From NCBI GenBank assembly GCA_965207225.1, contig CBDBLV010000005.1:960001-1024000 (forward strand): a stretch of DNA of 64,000 bases, read 5' to 3'. The stretch's first letter is position 1; every line of letters begins with the position of its first letter. This DNA is from Dehalococcoidia bacterium (lineage in GTDB: Bacteria; Chloroflexota; Dehalococcoidia; Plut-88900). The translations under genes and the position numbers were made by a program. Below, one piece after another: positions 20,935 to 32,373 of the stretch. A model generated the notes under the pieces. It made no database searches and was not told where the DNA came from. It saw only the letters and a program-made list of their open reading frames with translations.

Positions 20935-21447
20935 TTACTCCTGCTCCGTCGGGCTGCCCTTGCGAGCGGCAATGGCCTGCGCCGGGTCTCTCAATTGTTG
21001 CAGCCCGTAGAGAGTGGCCTTGGAAGTGTTTATCGGGTTTCCGCTACCCAGAGACTTGGTGAGAACATCCTTCACGCCGGCCGCTTCCAGGACGGCCCTG
21101 ACGCCGCCACCGGCGATTACCCCCGTACCGGGGCCCGCAGGTCTAAGGACAACCTTGGCTCCGCCGTACTTGGTGACTATTTCGTGGGGGATGGTTGTGT
21201 CCTTGAGTAGCACCTTTACCAGGTTTTTCTGGGCAATGGTGTTGCCTTTACGGACGGCGTCTGGGACGCTCCCGGCCTTACCCAGGCCAACGCCGGCGTG
21301 GCCGTTGCCATCGCCTACCACCACCATGGCGGTGAACCTGAACCTGCGGCCCCCTTTCACCACCTTGGCTACCCGGTTGATATGGACAACACGCTCGGTG
21401 AGGTCCAGGTTTCGGGCGTCTATCTTTTCTTTCTTGACTCTAGCCAT
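20935..21447 (-). CDS. rpsE: 30S ribosomal protein S5
   Basis: [33 protein letters not shown]. Confidence 0.98.
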   Translation of the reverse strand: MARVKKEKIDARNLDLTERVVHINRVAKVVKGGRRFRFTAMVVVGDGNGHAGVGLGKAGSVPDAVRKGNTIAQKNLVKVLLKDTTIPHEIVTKYGGAKVVLRPAGPGTGVIAGGGVRAVLEAAGVKDVLTKSLGSGNPINTSKATLYGLQQLRDPAQAIAARKGSPTEQE

Positions 21448-21812
21448 TAAAACTCCAAGCCGCCCTTACGGGCGCCCTCGGCCAGGGACTGCACCCTGCC
21501 GAAGTACTGGTAGCCGCCCCGGTCGAAAATGACGGTCTTAACGCCTTTTTCCGTGGCCCGTGAAGCGACCAGCCCACCTACCAGACCGGCGACCTCTCTC
21601 TTGGGCTTCCCTTCAGCATCCTTTTTCACCGGCTCATCGAGGCTGGAGGCAGCAGCCAGTGTCACACCGTTATCGTCGTCGATTACCTGTGCGTAGATAT
21701 GGTTGAGGCTTCGGAAGACGCTGAGCCTGGGTTTGTTGGGCGTGCCGGACAGGGTCTTCCTGATCCTGCGCCGTCTGCGTTGTCTTGCCTGTCTTCGGTC
21801 CAGTTTTGCCAT
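21447..21812 (-). CDS. rplR: 50S ribosomal protein L18
   Basis: [31 protein letters not shown]. Confidence 0.98.
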   Translation of the reverse strand: MAKLDRRQARQRRRRRIRKTLSGTPNKPRLSVFRSLNHIYAQVIDDDNGVTLAAASSLDEPVKKDAEGKPKREVAGLVGGLVASRATEKGVKTVIFDRGGYQYFGRVQSLAEGARKGGLEF

Positions 21813-21821
21813 TTTCTGCCC

Positions 21822-22364
21822 TTAACTCGTGGCGGCTCGCTTGCCGGGCTTCAGGCGAACCTGCTCGTTGGCGTAGCGAATGCCCTTGCCCTTGTAGGCG
21901 TCGGGGGGGCGGATGCGCCTTATCTTGGCGGCCACCTGCCCGACCTGCTCCTTGTCTATGCCGCTCACGAAAATCCGGTCATTTCCCTCCACGCTCAGAG
22001 TTATGCCCTCGGGCGGGGCAACCTCGACCCGGTGGGAGAACCCTACCTGCAGCACCAGATTTTCGCCGTCCATCTGTGCTCGGTACCCGACTCCCACCAG
22101 CATGAGTCCCTTGGTGAAGCCTTCGCTGACCCCCTGGACCATGTTGGCGATGAGGGTGCGAGTCAGTCCGTGGAGCGCCCTGTGTTCTCGCTGGTCGGTG
22201 GGGCGGGTGACGAGGAGTTGCCCATTGTCCCGGGACACGGTGAGGTCCGGGTGATGGGTGTAGGAAAGCTCCCCGCGGGGCCCCTTGACGGTAATGTGAC
22301 TGTTTTCCATCACAACGTCGACGCCGGACGGGATCGTTATTGGCTGTTTTCCTATTCTCGACAT
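21822..22364 (-). CDS. rplF: 50S ribosomal protein L6
   Basis: MSRIGKQPI, GVGYRA, PDAYKGKGIRY. Confidence 0.98.
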   Translation of the reverse strand: MSRIGKQPITIPSGVDVVMENSHITVKGPRGELSYTHHPDLTVSRDNGQLLVTRPTDQREHRALHGLTRTLIANMVQGVSEGFTKGLMLVGVGYRAQMDGENLVLQVGFSHRVEVAPPEGITLSVEGNDRIFVSGIDKEQVGQVAAKIRRIRPPDAYKGKGIRYANEQVRLKPGKRAATS

Positions 22365-22398
22365 GATTTCTGTTGGTTTTCGAATATAACTCCGGGCC

Positions 22399-22800
22399 TT
22401 ACCAGACCTGGCACATCAACTCTCCGCCGACCTGCTCCCGCCAGGCCCGGGACCCGGTCATCATGCCCTTGGAAGTAGACATAACCGTTATGCCCACACC
22501 CCCGTAGACCTTGGGGATCTCACCTTTGCCTATGTAGACCCGGAGGCCGGGTTTGCTGAGCCGTTTCAGGCCCCGGATGGTGGGCTGGCCTTCGGACTCG
22601 TACTTCAGGAGGATGCGAAGGGTGTCCTGGGGATTTCCCTTGACCACCTCATAGTCTCCGATGAAGCCCTCGTCCTTTAGGATTCCTGCGATAGCGTTCT
22701 TGGTCCTGGACGCGGGCATGGAGACCGTGTTGTGCTCCACGGCCAGCGCGTTCCTGATGCGGGTCAACATGTCGGCGATGGGGTCGGTAACTACTCCCAT
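22399..22800 (-). CDS. rpsH: 30S ribosomal protein S8
   Basis: TDPIADMLTRIRNA, SKPGLRVY, STSKG, VGGE. Confidence 0.98.
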   Translation of the reverse strand: MGVVTDPIADMLTRIRNALAVEHNTVSMPASRTKNAIAGILKDEGFIGDYEVVKGNPQDTLRILLKYESEGQPTIRGLKRLSKPGLRVYIGKGEIPKVYGGVGITVMSTSKGMMTGSRAWREQVGGELMCQVW

Positions 22801-22810
22801 GATTTCAGCC

Positions 22811-22996
22811 CTACCAACTCGACTTTCTGACCCCGGGCAGCTTGCCCTGGAGGGCCAACTCTCTGAAGCAGATGCGGCACAGGCCGAAGTGCCTGATGTA
22901 TCCCCTGGGACGACCGCAGAGGTTGCACCGGTTGCGGAACTGCACGCGGTACTTGGGGGGCTTACGCCACTTGGCTATCTTGGCTTCTCGGGCCAC
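22811..22996 (-). CDS. rpsZ: 30S ribosomal protein S14 type Z
   Basis: 61 aa, [18 protein letters not shown] (Zn-binding). Confidence 0.97.
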   Translation of the reverse strand: MAREAKIAKWRKPPKYRVQFRNRCNLCGRPRGYIRHFGLCRICFRELALQGKLPGVRKSSW

Positions 22997-23026
22997 GCTA
23001 CTTTATCCCTTCCCTATGGTTCCTTA

Positions 23027-23659
23027 TCAGGCCGGTCGGGCGAAGGGCATGCCGAACATGGTCAGCAGCAGCCTCGCCTCTTCGTCGGTCTTGGCCGACG
23101 TCACAATTGTCACTTGCAGGCCTCTCTGCCTGTCCATCTTGTCGTAATCGATCTCCGGGAATAGGGTCTGCTCGGTGAAGCCGAGGCTGTAGTTTCCCCT
23201 CCCGTCGAATGCGGTATTGGAAACGCCGCGGAAGTCCCGGATGCGGGGCAAGGCGGCGTTCAGGAGCCGGTCTAAGAACTCGTACATTCTTGCGCCGCGA
23301 AGGGTGACCATGGTTCCGATGATCATGCCGTCCCTGACCCGGAAGTTGGCCACGGACTTCTTGGCCCGGGTCACGATGGGGTGCTGCCCGGTGATAGCCT
23401 CGAGATCCTGGGTAGCAGCTTCTACGGCGCGGGCATTTGTAAGCGCCTCTCCCAGCCCAATGTTGAGAACTATCTTCTCCACCTTGGGCGCCTGCATCAC
23501 GTTGGCGTAGCCGAAGTGCTGCACCAGTGCGGGTACGATCTCTTCCCTGTACTGCACTTTCAGCCGCGGCTGGGCGCCGTTGACGGCAGGAACCGCGGTC
23601 TTGTCCTTGGCTTTGGCCCGGGACTCTCTATTCGGTTTTACTCTATCGTCGCCTGGCAT
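23027..23659 (-). CDS. rplE: 50S ribosomal protein L5
   Basis: [31 protein letters not shown]; start uncertain (N-terminal extension). Confidence 0.97.
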   Translation of the reverse strand: MPGDDRVKPNRESRAKAKDKTAVPAVNGAQPRLKVQYREEIVPALVQHFGYANVMQAPKVEKIVLNIGLGEALTNARAVEAATQDLEAITGQHPIVTRAKKSVANFRVRDGMIIGTMVTLRGARMYEFLDRLLNAALPRIRDFRGVSNTAFDGRGNYSLGFTEQTLFPEIDYDKMDRQRGLQVTIVTSAKTDEEARLLLTMFGMPFARPA

Positions 23660-23967
23660 AGCTTACACACTCTGGGATACCCGTTCCCCGGGTTCGCGCT
23701 CTGGGGCTGCGACTTGTCGGCCAGGGCCTTGGTCGGCTTGTTGCAGGTGGGGCAGACCAGCTTTAGGTTGGACATGTTGATTGGCAACTCCAACTCGATG
23801 AGGCCGGCCTGGCGTACGTTGGGCTTGGGCCTCATGGCCTTCTTGGTGGAGTTGACTTTTTCCACCCAGGCCAGATTGTCAGAGGGCTTGATGCGGAATA
23901 TCCTGCCCCGCTTGCCCTTGTCCTTGCCCGCAAGGACTAACACCGTATCGTTTTTCCTGATTCTCAA
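23638..23967 (-). CDS. rplX: 50S ribosomal protein L24
   Basis: [22 protein letters not shown] motif; CxxC..CxxC tail. Confidence 0.96.
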   Translation of the reverse strand: MRIRKNDTVLVLAGKDKGKRGRIFRIKPSDNLAWVEKVNSTKKAMRPKPNVRQAGLIELELPINMSNLKLVCPTCNKPTKALADKSQPQSANPGNGYPRVCKLCQATIE

Positions 23968-24004
23968 AATATAGCCTTTGGATACTTGATGGTTGAGGCC
24001 TTGG

Positions 24005-24373
24005 CTAGATCACCTCGGGCGCAAGGGAGACTATACGCGTAAAGTTGCGCTCCCGTAACTCACGGGCCACGGGACCAAATATGCGGGTGCCCCGGGGGTT
24101 GGAAGTGTCGCTCAAAATAACGCCCGCGTTCTCGTCAAAGCGGATGTATGAGCCGTCGGGGCGGCGGTAGGGCTTGGCGACCCTGACTATAACGGCCCTG
24201 ACCACGTCGCCCTTCTTCACCTGTGCGGCGGGTACAGCCTGCTTTACCGAGGCCACGATAATCTCCCCGACGGAGGCGTAGCGCTTCCCCGTGCCGCCCG
24301 GCACGTTGATGCACTCTATCTCCTTGGCCCCTGAGTTGTCGGCAACCTGGAGCCTGGTGGCTATCCTTATCAT
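24005..24373 (-). CDS. rplN: 50S ribosomal protein L14
   Basis: [34 protein letters not shown]. Confidence 0.98.
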   Translation of the reverse strand: MIRIATRLQVADNSGAKEIECINVPGGTGKRYASVGEIIVASVKQAVPAAQVKKGDVVRAVIVRVAKPYRRPDGSYIRFDENAGVILSDTSNPRGTRIFGPVARELRERNFTRIVSLAPEVI

Positions 24374-24678
24374 CAGGCGCTGGCCTCTTGTGCAGGGGAC
24401 GCGATGTCCTTGGGCTGGGTTTCGGCGATATCCATTCTGGCCAGGACTTCGACTACGCGCCAGCGTTTTTCACGGGAAAGGGGTCGGGTCTCCTCTATGC
24501 GGACCGTGTCTCCCAGCCTGCATGAGTTGTTGTAATCGTGAGCCTTGAACTTGGTGATGCGCTTGATGCGCCGCTTGTAGAGCCGGTGGGTGCGGAACCG
24601 GTCAACGGCCACCACTACGGTCTTGTCCATCTTGTCGCTGACAACCTGGCCAACGTTTGTCTTTCGGGACTTGTTCAT
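24373..24678 (-). CDS. rpsQ: 30S ribosomal protein S17
   Basis: [25 protein letters not shown]. Confidence 0.97.
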   Translation of the reverse strand: MNKSRKTNVGQVVSDKMDKTVVVAVDRFRTHRLYKRRIKRITKFKAHDYNNSCRLGDTVRIEETRPLSREKRWRVVEVLARMDIAETQPKDIASPAQEASA

Positions 24679-24878
24679 CTCTGTTCCTGTGCCAGTTCCC
24701 GCTCTCGCATGATCGTCTTAAGCCTGGCGATCTTCCTGCGGATACGTCTGATCTCCCTATGGTTGGTCAGCTGATTTGTCGCGCGTCGGAAGCGGAGATT
24801 GAAGGTCTCCCTGTAGGAGCTCTCTAACTCCCTCTGCAGGTCCACCTCCGACAGGGCCCTAATTTCATTCGCTTTCAT
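24675..24878 (-). CDS. rpmC: 50S ribosomal protein L29
   Basis: FNLRF..AT.QL.N, IARLKT; position in S10 operon. Confidence 0.95.
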   Translation of the reverse strand: MKANEIRALSEVDLQRELESSYRETFNLRFRRATNQLTNHREIRRIRRKIARLKTIMRERELAQEQR

Positions 24879-24901
24879 TTCAGAGTACCTTGCACCCGGG
24901 T

Positions 24902-25318
24902 CTAGAGAAGCTCATCCCGGGACACGAACCGGGTCGCGATGGGCAGCTTGTGGGAGGCCCTTCTCATGGCCTCCTTGGCCGTTTCCTTCTCCACTCCGCC
25001 AATTTCGAAAATCATTCGTCCCGGTTTGACGACGGCAACCCAGTGGTCGACGTTGCCCTTGCCGCTGCCCATCCGGGTCTCGAGGGGCTTGGATGTCACC
25101 GGCTTGTCGGGGAAGATGCGGATCCAGATCTGTCCACCGCGCCGGACGTGGTGGGTGATGGCGCGTCGGGCGGCTTCGATCTGCCGGTTCGTCACCCACG
25201 CAGTAGACTGGGCCTTAAGCCCGTACTCCCCGAACGAAAGCCCCGAGCCCGCGTGGGCTACGCCCCTACGGTGTCCCCGATGGGCTTTCCGAAACTTGAC
25301 TCGTTTCGGTTGAAGCAT
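24902..25318 (-). CDS. rplP: 50S ribosomal protein L16
   Basis: [34 protein letters not shown]. Confidence 0.98.
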   Translation of the reverse strand: MLQPKRVKFRKAHRGHRRGVAHAGSGLSFGEYGLKAQSTAWVTNRQIEAARRAITHHVRRGGQIWIRIFPDKPVTSKPLETRMGSGKGNVDHWVAVVKPGRMIFEIGGVEKETAKEAMRRASHKLPIATRFVSRDELL

Positions 25319-26060
25319 TGCTCTCCTCTGCTGTGCCTGCTACCTGGCCGTTAGCTTCTTCGGATTCATCATCCTGCAGGATAGTCACGCTGATGGGCGC
25401 CATGCGCTCGGCTTCAGTCTGCCTCGGCTCCGGGAGGATGTCTCCCTTGTAAATCCAAACTTTTACGCCTACGACGCCCATGGTGGTGAGGGCCTCGGCT
25501 ATTCCGTAGTCGATGTCGGCCCGAAGGGTGTGCAGCGGGACACGGCCTTCCATGTGCTTTTCGTCCCGGGCTATCTCCGCTCCGCCGAGCCTGCCGGAGC
25601 AGATGATCTTTATACCTTCTATTCCGGTCTGCATGGACCGGGTGGCGGCCTGCCTAATGGCCCGTCGGTAGGAGACCCGGCGCTCGAGCTGGTCGGCGAT
25701 ATTTCGGGCCACTAGGAAGGCGTCCTGTTCCGGCTGGGAAATCTCCTGGATGTTAAGCCGGACCCGACGTCCGGTCTTCTTTTCAAGAAGGCCCCGGAGC
25801 TCGTCCACTCTCTGACCGCCTCGGCCGATGACGATGCCGGGTCGGGCGGTGTGGATGGTGGTGATTACCTCGTTGGCGTTCCTCTCGATCTCGACCTTGG
25901 AGATGGCCGCGTCGGTGTGGCTGTCCAGGATTGTCTTGCGAATCTTCATATCTTCGGAAAGGAGCTTCCGGTACTGGTCCCCCTTGCGGGCGAACCACTT
26001 TGCGTCCCAGTCCCGGATGATGCCTAGCCGAAACCCTATTGGGTGGGTCTTCTGTCCCAA
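25266..26060 (-). CDS. rpsC: 30S ribosomal protein S3
   Basis: [36 protein letters not shown]; acidic tail overlapping rplP. Confidence 0.97.
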   Translation of the reverse strand: MGQKTHPIGFRLGIIRDWDAKWFARKGDQYRKLLSEDMKIRKTILDSHTDAAISKVEIERNANEVITTIHTARPGIVIGRGGQRVDELRGLLEKKTGRRVRLNIQEISQPEQDAFLVARNIADQLERRVSYRRAIRQAATRSMQTGIEGIKIICSGRLGGAEIARDEKHMEGRVPLHTLRADIDYGIAEALTTMGVVGVKVWIYKGDILPEPRQTEAERMAPISVTILQDDESEEANGQVAGTAEESNASTETSQVSESPSGTP

Positions 26061-26402
26061 TTATTCCTCCTCGTCCTGGTCCACTACCACGGTAAGGTGG
26101 CTGGTTCGCTTGATTATTGGGGCGGCCCTGCCCCGGGGCTTGGCCTTGAACCTCTTCATCCTGGGCCCTTCGTCTGCGACTATCTTGACTATTCGGAGCT
26201 CGTCCCTGGTCATTTCGTAGTTGTTTTCGGCGTTGGCCACGGCAGATTCCACGGCTTTCCTGACCATACGGGCCATGGGAATCGGCGTGAACCTCAGGCT
26301 GGAAATGGCATCCTCCACCTTCATCCCCCGCACCGTGTCGATCAGGTTGCGGAGGTTTTTGGGTGATACGCCAACGGTTTTGACCCGGGCCTGGACTTCC
26401 AA
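26061..26402 (-). CDS. rplV: 50S ribosomal protein L22
   Basis: SAVANAENN, ADEGPRMKR, KRTSHLTVVV. Confidence 0.97.
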   Translation of the reverse strand: MEVQARVKTVGVSPKNLRNLIDTVRGMKVEDAISSLRFTPIPMARMVRKAVESAVANAENNYEMTRDELRIVKIVADEGPRMKRFKAKPRGRAAPIIKRTSHLTVVVDQDEEE

Positions 26403-26419
26403 GTTACTACTCTCTCCCT

Positions 26420-26701
26420 TTACCTTCTGCCAGACTGTTCCGTGCGGCCCATGTGTCCCCTGAACCGCCGGGTCGGGGCGAACTCCCCGAGCTTGTGCCC
26501 GACCATGTTCTCGGTAACAAAAATGGGCATGTGCCTCTGGCCGTCATGGACGGCAATGGTCTGTCCGACCATCTCCGGCACCACCATGGAGGCCCGAGAC
26601 CACGTCTTGATAATTATCTTGTTGTTGGACCCCATGGCCGCTTCCACCTTCTTCATCAGCTTGGCGTCGACGAAGGGGCCCTTCTTGATCGATCTCGACA
26701 T
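26420..26701 (-). CDS. rpsS: 30S ribosomal protein S19
   Basis: [32 protein letters not shown]. Confidence 0.98.
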   Translation of the reverse strand: MSRSIKKGPFVDAKLMKKVEAAMGSNNKIIIKTWSRASMVVPEMVGQTIAVHDGQRHMPIFVTENMVGHKLGEFAPTRRFRGHMGRTEQSGRR

Positions 26702-26703
26702 CT

Positions 26704-27528
26704 CTACTTCCGCCTCCTCACGATCATGTTGTCGGACTTCTTGTTTCGCCGGGTGCGGTAGCCCATGGCCGGCTTGCCCCACGGGGTCTTGGGCCCGGGC
26801 ATGCCCACGGGAGAGCGGCCTTCACCGCCGCCGTGCGGGTGATCACGAGGCGTCATGGCCGAGCCCCGGACGGAGGGCCTCTTGCCCTTCCAGCGGTTCC
26901 GGCCCGCCTTGCCCAGTTTGATGTTCTTCTGGTCGGGGTTGCCCACCTGGCCGATGGTGGCCCGGCACTCGCTCTCGACTCTTCTCAGCTCACCCGAGGG
27001 GAGTCTGAGCAGGCTATAAATGCCGTCCTTTGCCAGTAACTGGGCCGCCGTACCGCTGCCGCGTACGAGCTGCCCGCCCTTGCCGGGTCGGAGCTCGATG
27101 TTGTGGATGGTTGTGCCGGTGGGTATGACCCGCAGGGGAAGGGCATTGCCGACCTTGATGGGTGCGTCGGGGCCGGCGGTTATCTCCATCCCGACCTGAA
27201 GGTTCCAGGGGGCGAGGATGTAGCGCTTGTCGCCGTCGGCGTAATGGATGAGGGCGATGCGTGCGGTGCGGTTCGGGTCGTATTCCACGGAAGCGACCTT
27301 GCCGGGCACACCGGTCTTGTCTCTCTTGAAGTCGATAACCCGGAGTCGACGCTTGGCTCCACCACCTCGACGCCGCACGGTGATTTTGCCGCGTACGTTG
27401 CGGCCTGCCTTCTTCTTGAGGGGCTTCAGCAGGGCCTTTTGGGGTTTGCTCCGCGTGATCTCCTCGAAAGAGGAGCCGGTGGCATTCCTCCGTCCGGGAG
27501 AGGTTGGTTTATATACCTTCAGGGCCAT
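26704..27528 (-). CDS. rplB: 50S ribosomal protein L2
   Basis: [34 protein letters not shown]. Confidence 0.98.
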   Translation of the reverse strand: MALKVYKPTSPGRRNATGSSFEEITRSKPQKALLKPLKKKAGRNVRGKITVRRRGGGAKRRLRVIDFKRDKTGVPGKVASVEYDPNRTARIALIHYADGDKRYILAPWNLQVGMEITAGPDAPIKVGNALPLRVIPTGTTIHNIELRPGKGGQLVRGSGTAAQLLAKDGIYSLLRLPSGELRRVESECRATIGQVGNPDQKNIKLGKAGRNRWKGKRPSVRGSAMTPRDHPHGGGEGRSPVGMPGPKTPWGKPAMGYRTRRNKKSDNMIVRRRK

Positions 27529-27560
27529 TGAATACTTCCTTGGCGGTAAGACTTTCGGTC

Positions 27561-27845
27561 CTACACTCCTTCAAATAGCTCGATCCTGTCGCCCGGCTTC
27601 AAGGTGACTATCGCTTTCTTCCAGGGTGAGGTCTGTATCCTTCTCCGACCTCGGAACTTGGTCTTGCCGGGCACCGTCATGGTGTTGACTGCCGTGACGG
27701 TAACGTCGAAAGCCTTCTCGACCGCGGCCTTTATCTGCACCTTGTTGGAGTTGGGCATCACTTCGAAGGCGTACTTGTCGCTTTCGTGGAGGATGGTGCT
27801 CTTCTCCGTCACTATGGGTCTCTTGAGGACTTGCAGCAGTTCCAC
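27561..27845 (-). CDS. rplW: 50S ribosomal protein L23
   Basis: [25 protein letters not shown]. Confidence 0.97.
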   Translation of the reverse strand: MELLQVLKRPIVTEKSTILHESDKYAFEVMPNSNKVQIKAAVEKAFDVTVTAVNTMTVPGKTKFRGRRRIQTSPWKKAIVTLKPGDRIELFEGV

Positions 27846-27848
27846 GGT

Positions 27849-28622
27849 CTAGTCTTCCTTGGCCTCGGGTTCAGGCGTTGGGTCCGGCTCCGGGGTCTTC
27901 GCTTTAGCAGCCGGGGCCGCCTTTTTGGCCCGAGGCTTTCTCTTGGCGGGGGCCTTCTTGGGAGCGGGGTCTTCTTCTACTATCCGACCCCCAGGCGCCC
28001 ACAGGTCCTCGGCCGTCCTTACGGCTTCCAACTCGATCACGAGGTGCTCGTGGGCCAAAACATCGTATACGTTGAGGTAGCGGGCGGGCAGCGTCTTGAC
28101 CCGCTCCAGGTTGCCCGCCGACTTAATGAGGGCTTCCTGGGGCTCTGGTGTGACAAGCAGGACTGACTTGTTGGCCTGAAGCGCGGCCAGAACACGCAGC
28201 ATTTCCTTGGTTTTGGGCTGATCGAATCCCAGATCATCGACTATGGCCATGCGGCCGTCGGCGACCTTGGCTGAGAGGGCGCCGCGGATGGCGAGGCGTC
28301 GCATCTTCTTTGGCATGCGCTGGGCGTAGCTCCGGGGCTGAGGCCCGAAAGCCACCCCACCGCCCCGCCGCAGCGGAGAGCGGATGCTGCCGCCCCTGGC
28401 CCGACCCGTCCCCTTCTGGGGAAAGAGCTTGCGGGTGCTTCCCCTGACTTCGGACCGGGTCTTTACCGAGGCCCCACCCTTCCTGGCGTTGGCCTGCTGC
28501 CGCACGACCGCCTGGTGGAGTAACCCCTTGAGCTTCGTGGATATGGGCAGGGCAAAGAGGCCGTCGCTAAGTTCGACGTCTCTGAGCACTTCTCCCGACC
28601 TGTTTTTCAGTTGCGCTTTCAT
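27849..28622 (-). CDS. rplD: 50S ribosomal protein L4
   Basis: KTRSEVRG, QKGTGRAR, RGGGVAFGPQPR; K/A/P-rich C-tail. Confidence 0.97.
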   Translation of the reverse strand: MKAQLKNRSGEVLRDVELSDGLFALPISTKLKGLLHQAVVRQQANARKGGASVKTRSEVRGSTRKLFPQKGTGRARGGSIRSPLRRGGGVAFGPQPRSYAQRMPKKMRRLAIRGALSAKVADGRMAIVDDLGFDQPKTKEMLRVLAALQANKSVLLVTPEPQEALIKSAGNLERVKTLPARYLNVYDVLAHEHLVIELEAVRTAEDLWAPGGRIVEEDPAPKKAPAKRKPRAKKAAPAAKAKTPEPDPTPEPEAKED

Positions 28623-29254
28623 AGAGTGGATCTTGTCTGACGTCCGCGTTTCCTGATTAATACCAGGCTGTTCTGGGGCCCGGGCACTGTGCCTTTAAGC
28701 AGGATGAGATTGCGCTCGGGCATCGACTCCAATACGGTCAGGTTTTGGGACGTAACGCGCTCGTCGCCCATATGACCGGCCATGCGGAATCCCTTGGTAA
28801 CCCGGCCGGGCGTGGTGCCTGCGCCGACGGAGCCCGGTGCCCGGTGCCTGTCCGACTGACCGTGAGTCTTGGGTCCGCCGCCGAAGTTGTGGCGTTTAAC
28901 CACGCCCGCGAATCCTTTGCCCTTGGACTTGCCGATTACGTCCACCTTTTCGCCGGCTTCGAAGATGCTGACGTCAATCCGGGCGCCCTCTTCGATGGCG
29001 GAGAAGTCTGGGCTGCCGACTTCACGCAAGTGTCGGAATTCGCCGTGTTCCTTGAGATGGCCCCGCTTCGGCTTGCTCAGCCGCTTCGGCTTGTCGAAGC
29101 CTATCTGCACGGCCTGGTAGCCGTCCCTCTCGGAAGTCTTGACTTGAACGACGGTACAGGGGCCAGCCTGGACTACCGTCACCGCATGAAGGGTGCCGTC
29201 TTCACTAAAACGCTGGGTCATGCCCAGCTTTTTTCCTAACAGTCCGTCAATCAT
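28619..29254 (-). CDS. rplC: 50S ribosomal protein L3
   Basis: GKKLGMTQ, DGYQAVQ, SKGKGFAGVVKRH, HRAPGS. Confidence 0.98.
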   Translation of the reverse strand: MIDGLLGKKLGMTQRFSEDGTLHAVTVVQAGPCTVVQVKTSERDGYQAVQIGFDKPKRLSKPKRGHLKEHGEFRHLREVGSPDFSAIEEGARIDVSIFEAGEKVDVIGKSKGKGFAGVVKRHNFGGGPKTHGQSDRHRAPGSVGAGTTPGRVTKGFRMAGHMGDERVTSQNLTVLESMPERNLILLKGTVPGPQNSLVLIRKRGRQTRSTL

Positions 29255-29272
29255 GAGTAAGAATATTGCTGA

Positions 29273-29581
29273 TTACAGTTTTATCTCGATTTCGACGCCG
29301 CCAGGCAGGTTGAGGAGGGTGAGGGCGTCGATGGTCTTATTAGTCGGGTCAAGGACCTCGATGATGCGCTTGTGGGTGCGGATTTCGAACTGCTCCCGAG
29401 AATCCTTGAAGGTGTTGGAAGAGCGGGTCACGCAGAACTTCTTGATCTTGGTGGGCAGGGGGATCGGGCCTACGACGCCCGCGCCCGTCCGCTCGGCGGC
29501 ATCCACGATCTGCTCGGCCGATTGGTCGAGGATCTTGTGGTCGTAGGCATTTAGCCTTATTCGCATTTTCTGCTTGGCCAT
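29273..29581 (-). CDS. rpsJ: 30S ribosomal protein S10
   Basis: [28 protein letters not shown]. Confidence 0.98.
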   Translation of the reverse strand: MAKQKMRIRLNAYDHKILDQSAEQIVDAAERTGAGVVGPIPLPTKIKKFCVTRSSNTFKDSREQFEIRTHKRIIEVLDPTNKTIDALTLLNLPGGVEIEIKL

Positions 29582-29597
29582 GTTTGTCTCCCACCGA

Positions 29598-31721
29598 CTA
29601 CAGGCCGGTGTATTTCCCTCGAGTAGCGACTTGCTCCGCAATCTTCTCCGGGGCCCGGTCATAGTGAGCGAATTCCATGGAGTGGACGGCCCGACCTTGG
29701 CTCAGGGAGCGGATGTGGGTCGCGTACCCGAAGCACTCCGATAGAGGGACAAGGGCCTGTACGGTCTGTGTCCCACCGAGGCCGGTGATGCCGCTGATGT
29801 TGCCGCGACGCCCGTTGATGTCACCCAGGATGTCACCCAGGAACTCGCCGGGGGTGTTTATCTCCAGCTTCATGATGGGTTCAAGGATGGCGGGGCGGCA
29901 CTTGCGCACGCCTTCCCTGAGGGCCATTGACCCGGCAATCTGGAACGCCATGTCCGAAGAGTCGACGGGGTGGAAGCTGCCGTCCACGAGGGTCGCCTTG
30001 ATGTCGACGACCGGGTAGCCCGCGAGGACTCCGGTGGACATCGCTTCCTTGATTCCCTTCTCCACGGAGGGGATGTATTCGCTGGGGATGTCTCCGCCGC
30101 GTATCTGGTTAACGAACTGGAACCCCTGGCCTGCTTCCAGGGGCTCCAAGTCGATCACTACGTGGGCAAACTGGCCGTGACCGCCGGTCTGCTTTACAAG
30201 CCGCCCGACAGCCCTGCCGGAAGACGTTATAGTCTCCCGATAGGCCACCTGCGGCTTGCCCATCCTGACGTCCACGTTCTGCTCACGTCGGATCCGTTCA
30301 ACCGTAACCTCCAGGTGCATTTCACCCATACCCTGGATGACCGTCTGTCCGGTCTCATCGTCGTGGTTGAGTTGGAGGGTCGGGTCTTCATCTGCCATCT
30401 TGACCAGGGCATCGTTGAGGCGGTCCTGGTCGATCTTGGAGCGGGGTTCAACGGCTACGGATATCACGGGGTCCGGGAAGGTTATGGATTCGAGAAGGAT
30501 CGGGGCGTTGACTTCACATACGGTGTTGCCGGTGTAGGTGTTCTTGAGGCCGATGGCGGCGACAATGTCTCCGGCTACGGCTTCCGAGACTTCCTCACGG
30601 TGATTGGCGTGCATTTTAAGCAGCCGCCCGATCCGCTCCCGGTTGGACCTGCTGGAGTTGTAAACCGTAGCTCCGCTCTTCACCTTCCCCGAATAGATCC
30701 GGCAGTAGACCAGGCGCCCCACGTAGGGGTCGGTGACCACCTTGAAGGCCAGGGCGGAGAAGGGGGCGCTCTTGGAAGTCTCCCTCAGGGACTTTTCGCC
30801 GGTCTTGGCAGAGGTCACTTCGACCGGCGGCACGTCCAGGGGAGAGGGTAGATAGTCCAGCACTGCGTCGAGCATGAGCTGGATGCCCTTGTTCTTCAGG
30901 GCGGCGCCGCACATTACGGGGACCAGCTTGTTGTCAATCGTTGCTTGGCGGATGCCGGCCTTGAGCTCTTCTTCGGTAATTTCCTGACCCTCGATGTACT
31001 TGGCGAGGAGGTCGTCGTTGGTCTCCGAGACTTTCTCCATGAGGGAGTCACGGTATTTGTCGGCCAACTCCCGGTACTTGTCAGGGATGTTGACCCGCAC
31101 GGGCCCCTGCTCTCCATCCTGGGGATAGACGAAGGCCGTGTTCTGTACCAGGTCGATTAGGCCCTCGAATGCGTCTTCGCTGCCCATGGGCAGTTGGATA
31201 GGGACGGGATTTCCCTCCAGCCTGTCGACGATCATGTCGATGGTGCGGAAGAAATTAGCCCCGACTCTGTCCATCTTGTTGACGAAGCAGATCCGGGGCA
31301 CGGAATACTTGTTGGCTTGCCGCCATACCGTCTCCGACTGGGGCTCGACGCCTGCAACGCCGTCAAAAACAACAACGCCTCCGTCAAGAACTCGGAGGCT
31401 TCGCTCCACCTCGGCGGTGAAGTCCACGTGGCCGGGGGTGTCGATAATGTTGACCAGATAGTCTTTCCAATAAGCGGTTGTGGCCGCCGCCGTGATGGTG
31501 ATGCCACGTTCCCGTTCCTGGTCCATCCAGTCCATCACTGCGGTGCCTTCATGCACCTCGCCCATCTTGTAGATGCGGCCGGTGTAGAACAGCACCCTTT
31601 CGGTCACCGTTGTCTTGCCGGCGTCGATGTGGGCTATGAACCCGATGTTCCTGACCTTCTCCAGTGACGGAGTGGGTCGGGACTCGGGGTCACCGCGCTT
31701 TATAGTTTGTGTCTGCGACAT
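29598..31721 (-). CDS. fusA: Elongation factor G (canonical)
   Basis: [30 protein letters not shown]; str operon position. Confidence 0.98.
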   Translation of the reverse strand: MSQTQTIKRGDPESRPTPSLEKVRNIGFIAHIDAGKTTVTERVLFYTGRIYKMGEVHEGTAVMDWMDQERERGITITAAATTAYWKDYLVNIIDTPGHVDFTAEVERSLRVLDGGVVVFDGVAGVEPQSETVWRQANKYSVPRICFVNKMDRVGANFFRTIDMIVDRLEGNPVPIQLPMGSEDAFEGLIDLVQNTAFVYPQDGEQGPVRVNIPDKYRELADKYRDSLMEKVSETNDDLLAKYIEGQEITEEELKAGIRQATIDNKLVPVMCGAALKNKGIQLMLDAVLDYLPSPLDVPPVEVTSAKTGEKSLRETSKSAPFSALAFKVVTDPYVGRLVYCRIYSGKVKSGATVYNSSRSNRERIGRLLKMHANHREEVSEAVAGDIVAAIGLKNTYTGNTVCEVNAPILLESITFPDPVISVAVEPRSKIDQDRLNDALVKMADEDPTLQLNHDDETGQTVIQGMGEMHLEVTVERIRREQNVDVRMGKPQVAYRETITSSGRAVGRLVKQTGGHGQFAHVVIDLEPLEAGQGFQFVNQIRGGDIPSEYIPSVEKGIKEAMSTGVLAGYPVVDIKATLVDGSFHPVDSSDMAFQIAGSMALREGVRKCRPAILEPIMKLEINTPGEFLGDILGDINGRRGNISGITGLGGTQTVQALVPLSECFGYATHIRSLSQGRAVHSMEFAHYDRAPEKIAEQVATRGKYTGL

Positions 31722-31733
31722 TCTTAATCTTCT

Positions 31734-32204
31734 TTACCAGCGGTAGTGGACGAAGGCCCGGTTCGCCTCGGCCATGCGGTGCAGGTCTTCCCGACGCTTG
31801 GCCGCCGCTCCCTGACCCTTGGCTGCATCCATCAGCTCCTCGGCCAGTTTCTGGGCCATGGGTCGGCCCGTCTTGGCCCGGGAGGCGGCCAGGAGCCAGC
31901 GCATGGCCATGGTAAGGCTTCGGTCGGACCGTACTTCCCGAGGCACCTGGTAGGTTGCTCCACCAACGCGTCGGGGCTTAACTTCGAGCAGCGGCGACGT
32001 ATTGCGGATCGCCTGCTCGAATACGTCCATACCGCCCTTCTTTTCGGTGTTTTCGATGATGTCCAGGGCGTCGTAGACGATGCGCTGGGCCGTGCTCTTC
32101 TTGCCATTCTTCATCGTCTTGTTGATGAATCGGGCCAGCATGAGGCTCTGGTATTTGGGGTCGGGGTCGACCCTTCTCTTTTCGGCTCGTCTCCTTCTCG
32201 CCAT
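31734..32204 (-). CDS. rpsG: 30S ribosomal protein S7
   Basis: GKKSTA, RRVGGATYQVP, HRMAEANRAF. Confidence 0.98.
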   Translation of the reverse strand: MARRRRAEKRRVDPDPKYQSLMLARFINKTMKNGKKSTAQRIVYDALDIIENTEKKGGMDVFEQAIRNTSPLLEVKPRRVGGATYQVPREVRSDRSLTMAMRWLLAASRAKTGRPMAQKLAEELMDAAKGQGAAAKRREDLHRMAEANRAFVHYRW

Positions 32205-32373
32205 TTCCTTCTCTACGTTGCCCGTTCAGGGCATAGGTGTAACTTTGCTAAAAAGTCCTTCGGAACTTGTTCCCTAGCGGGCTAGGGTGTCTATCCGGTT
32301 GCGGTTGGCCGCCCGAGACTCCGGGTCTCGACGACTCAACCCAGGGTGAGGGCCCCGACTGCCAGTCGTCCGG

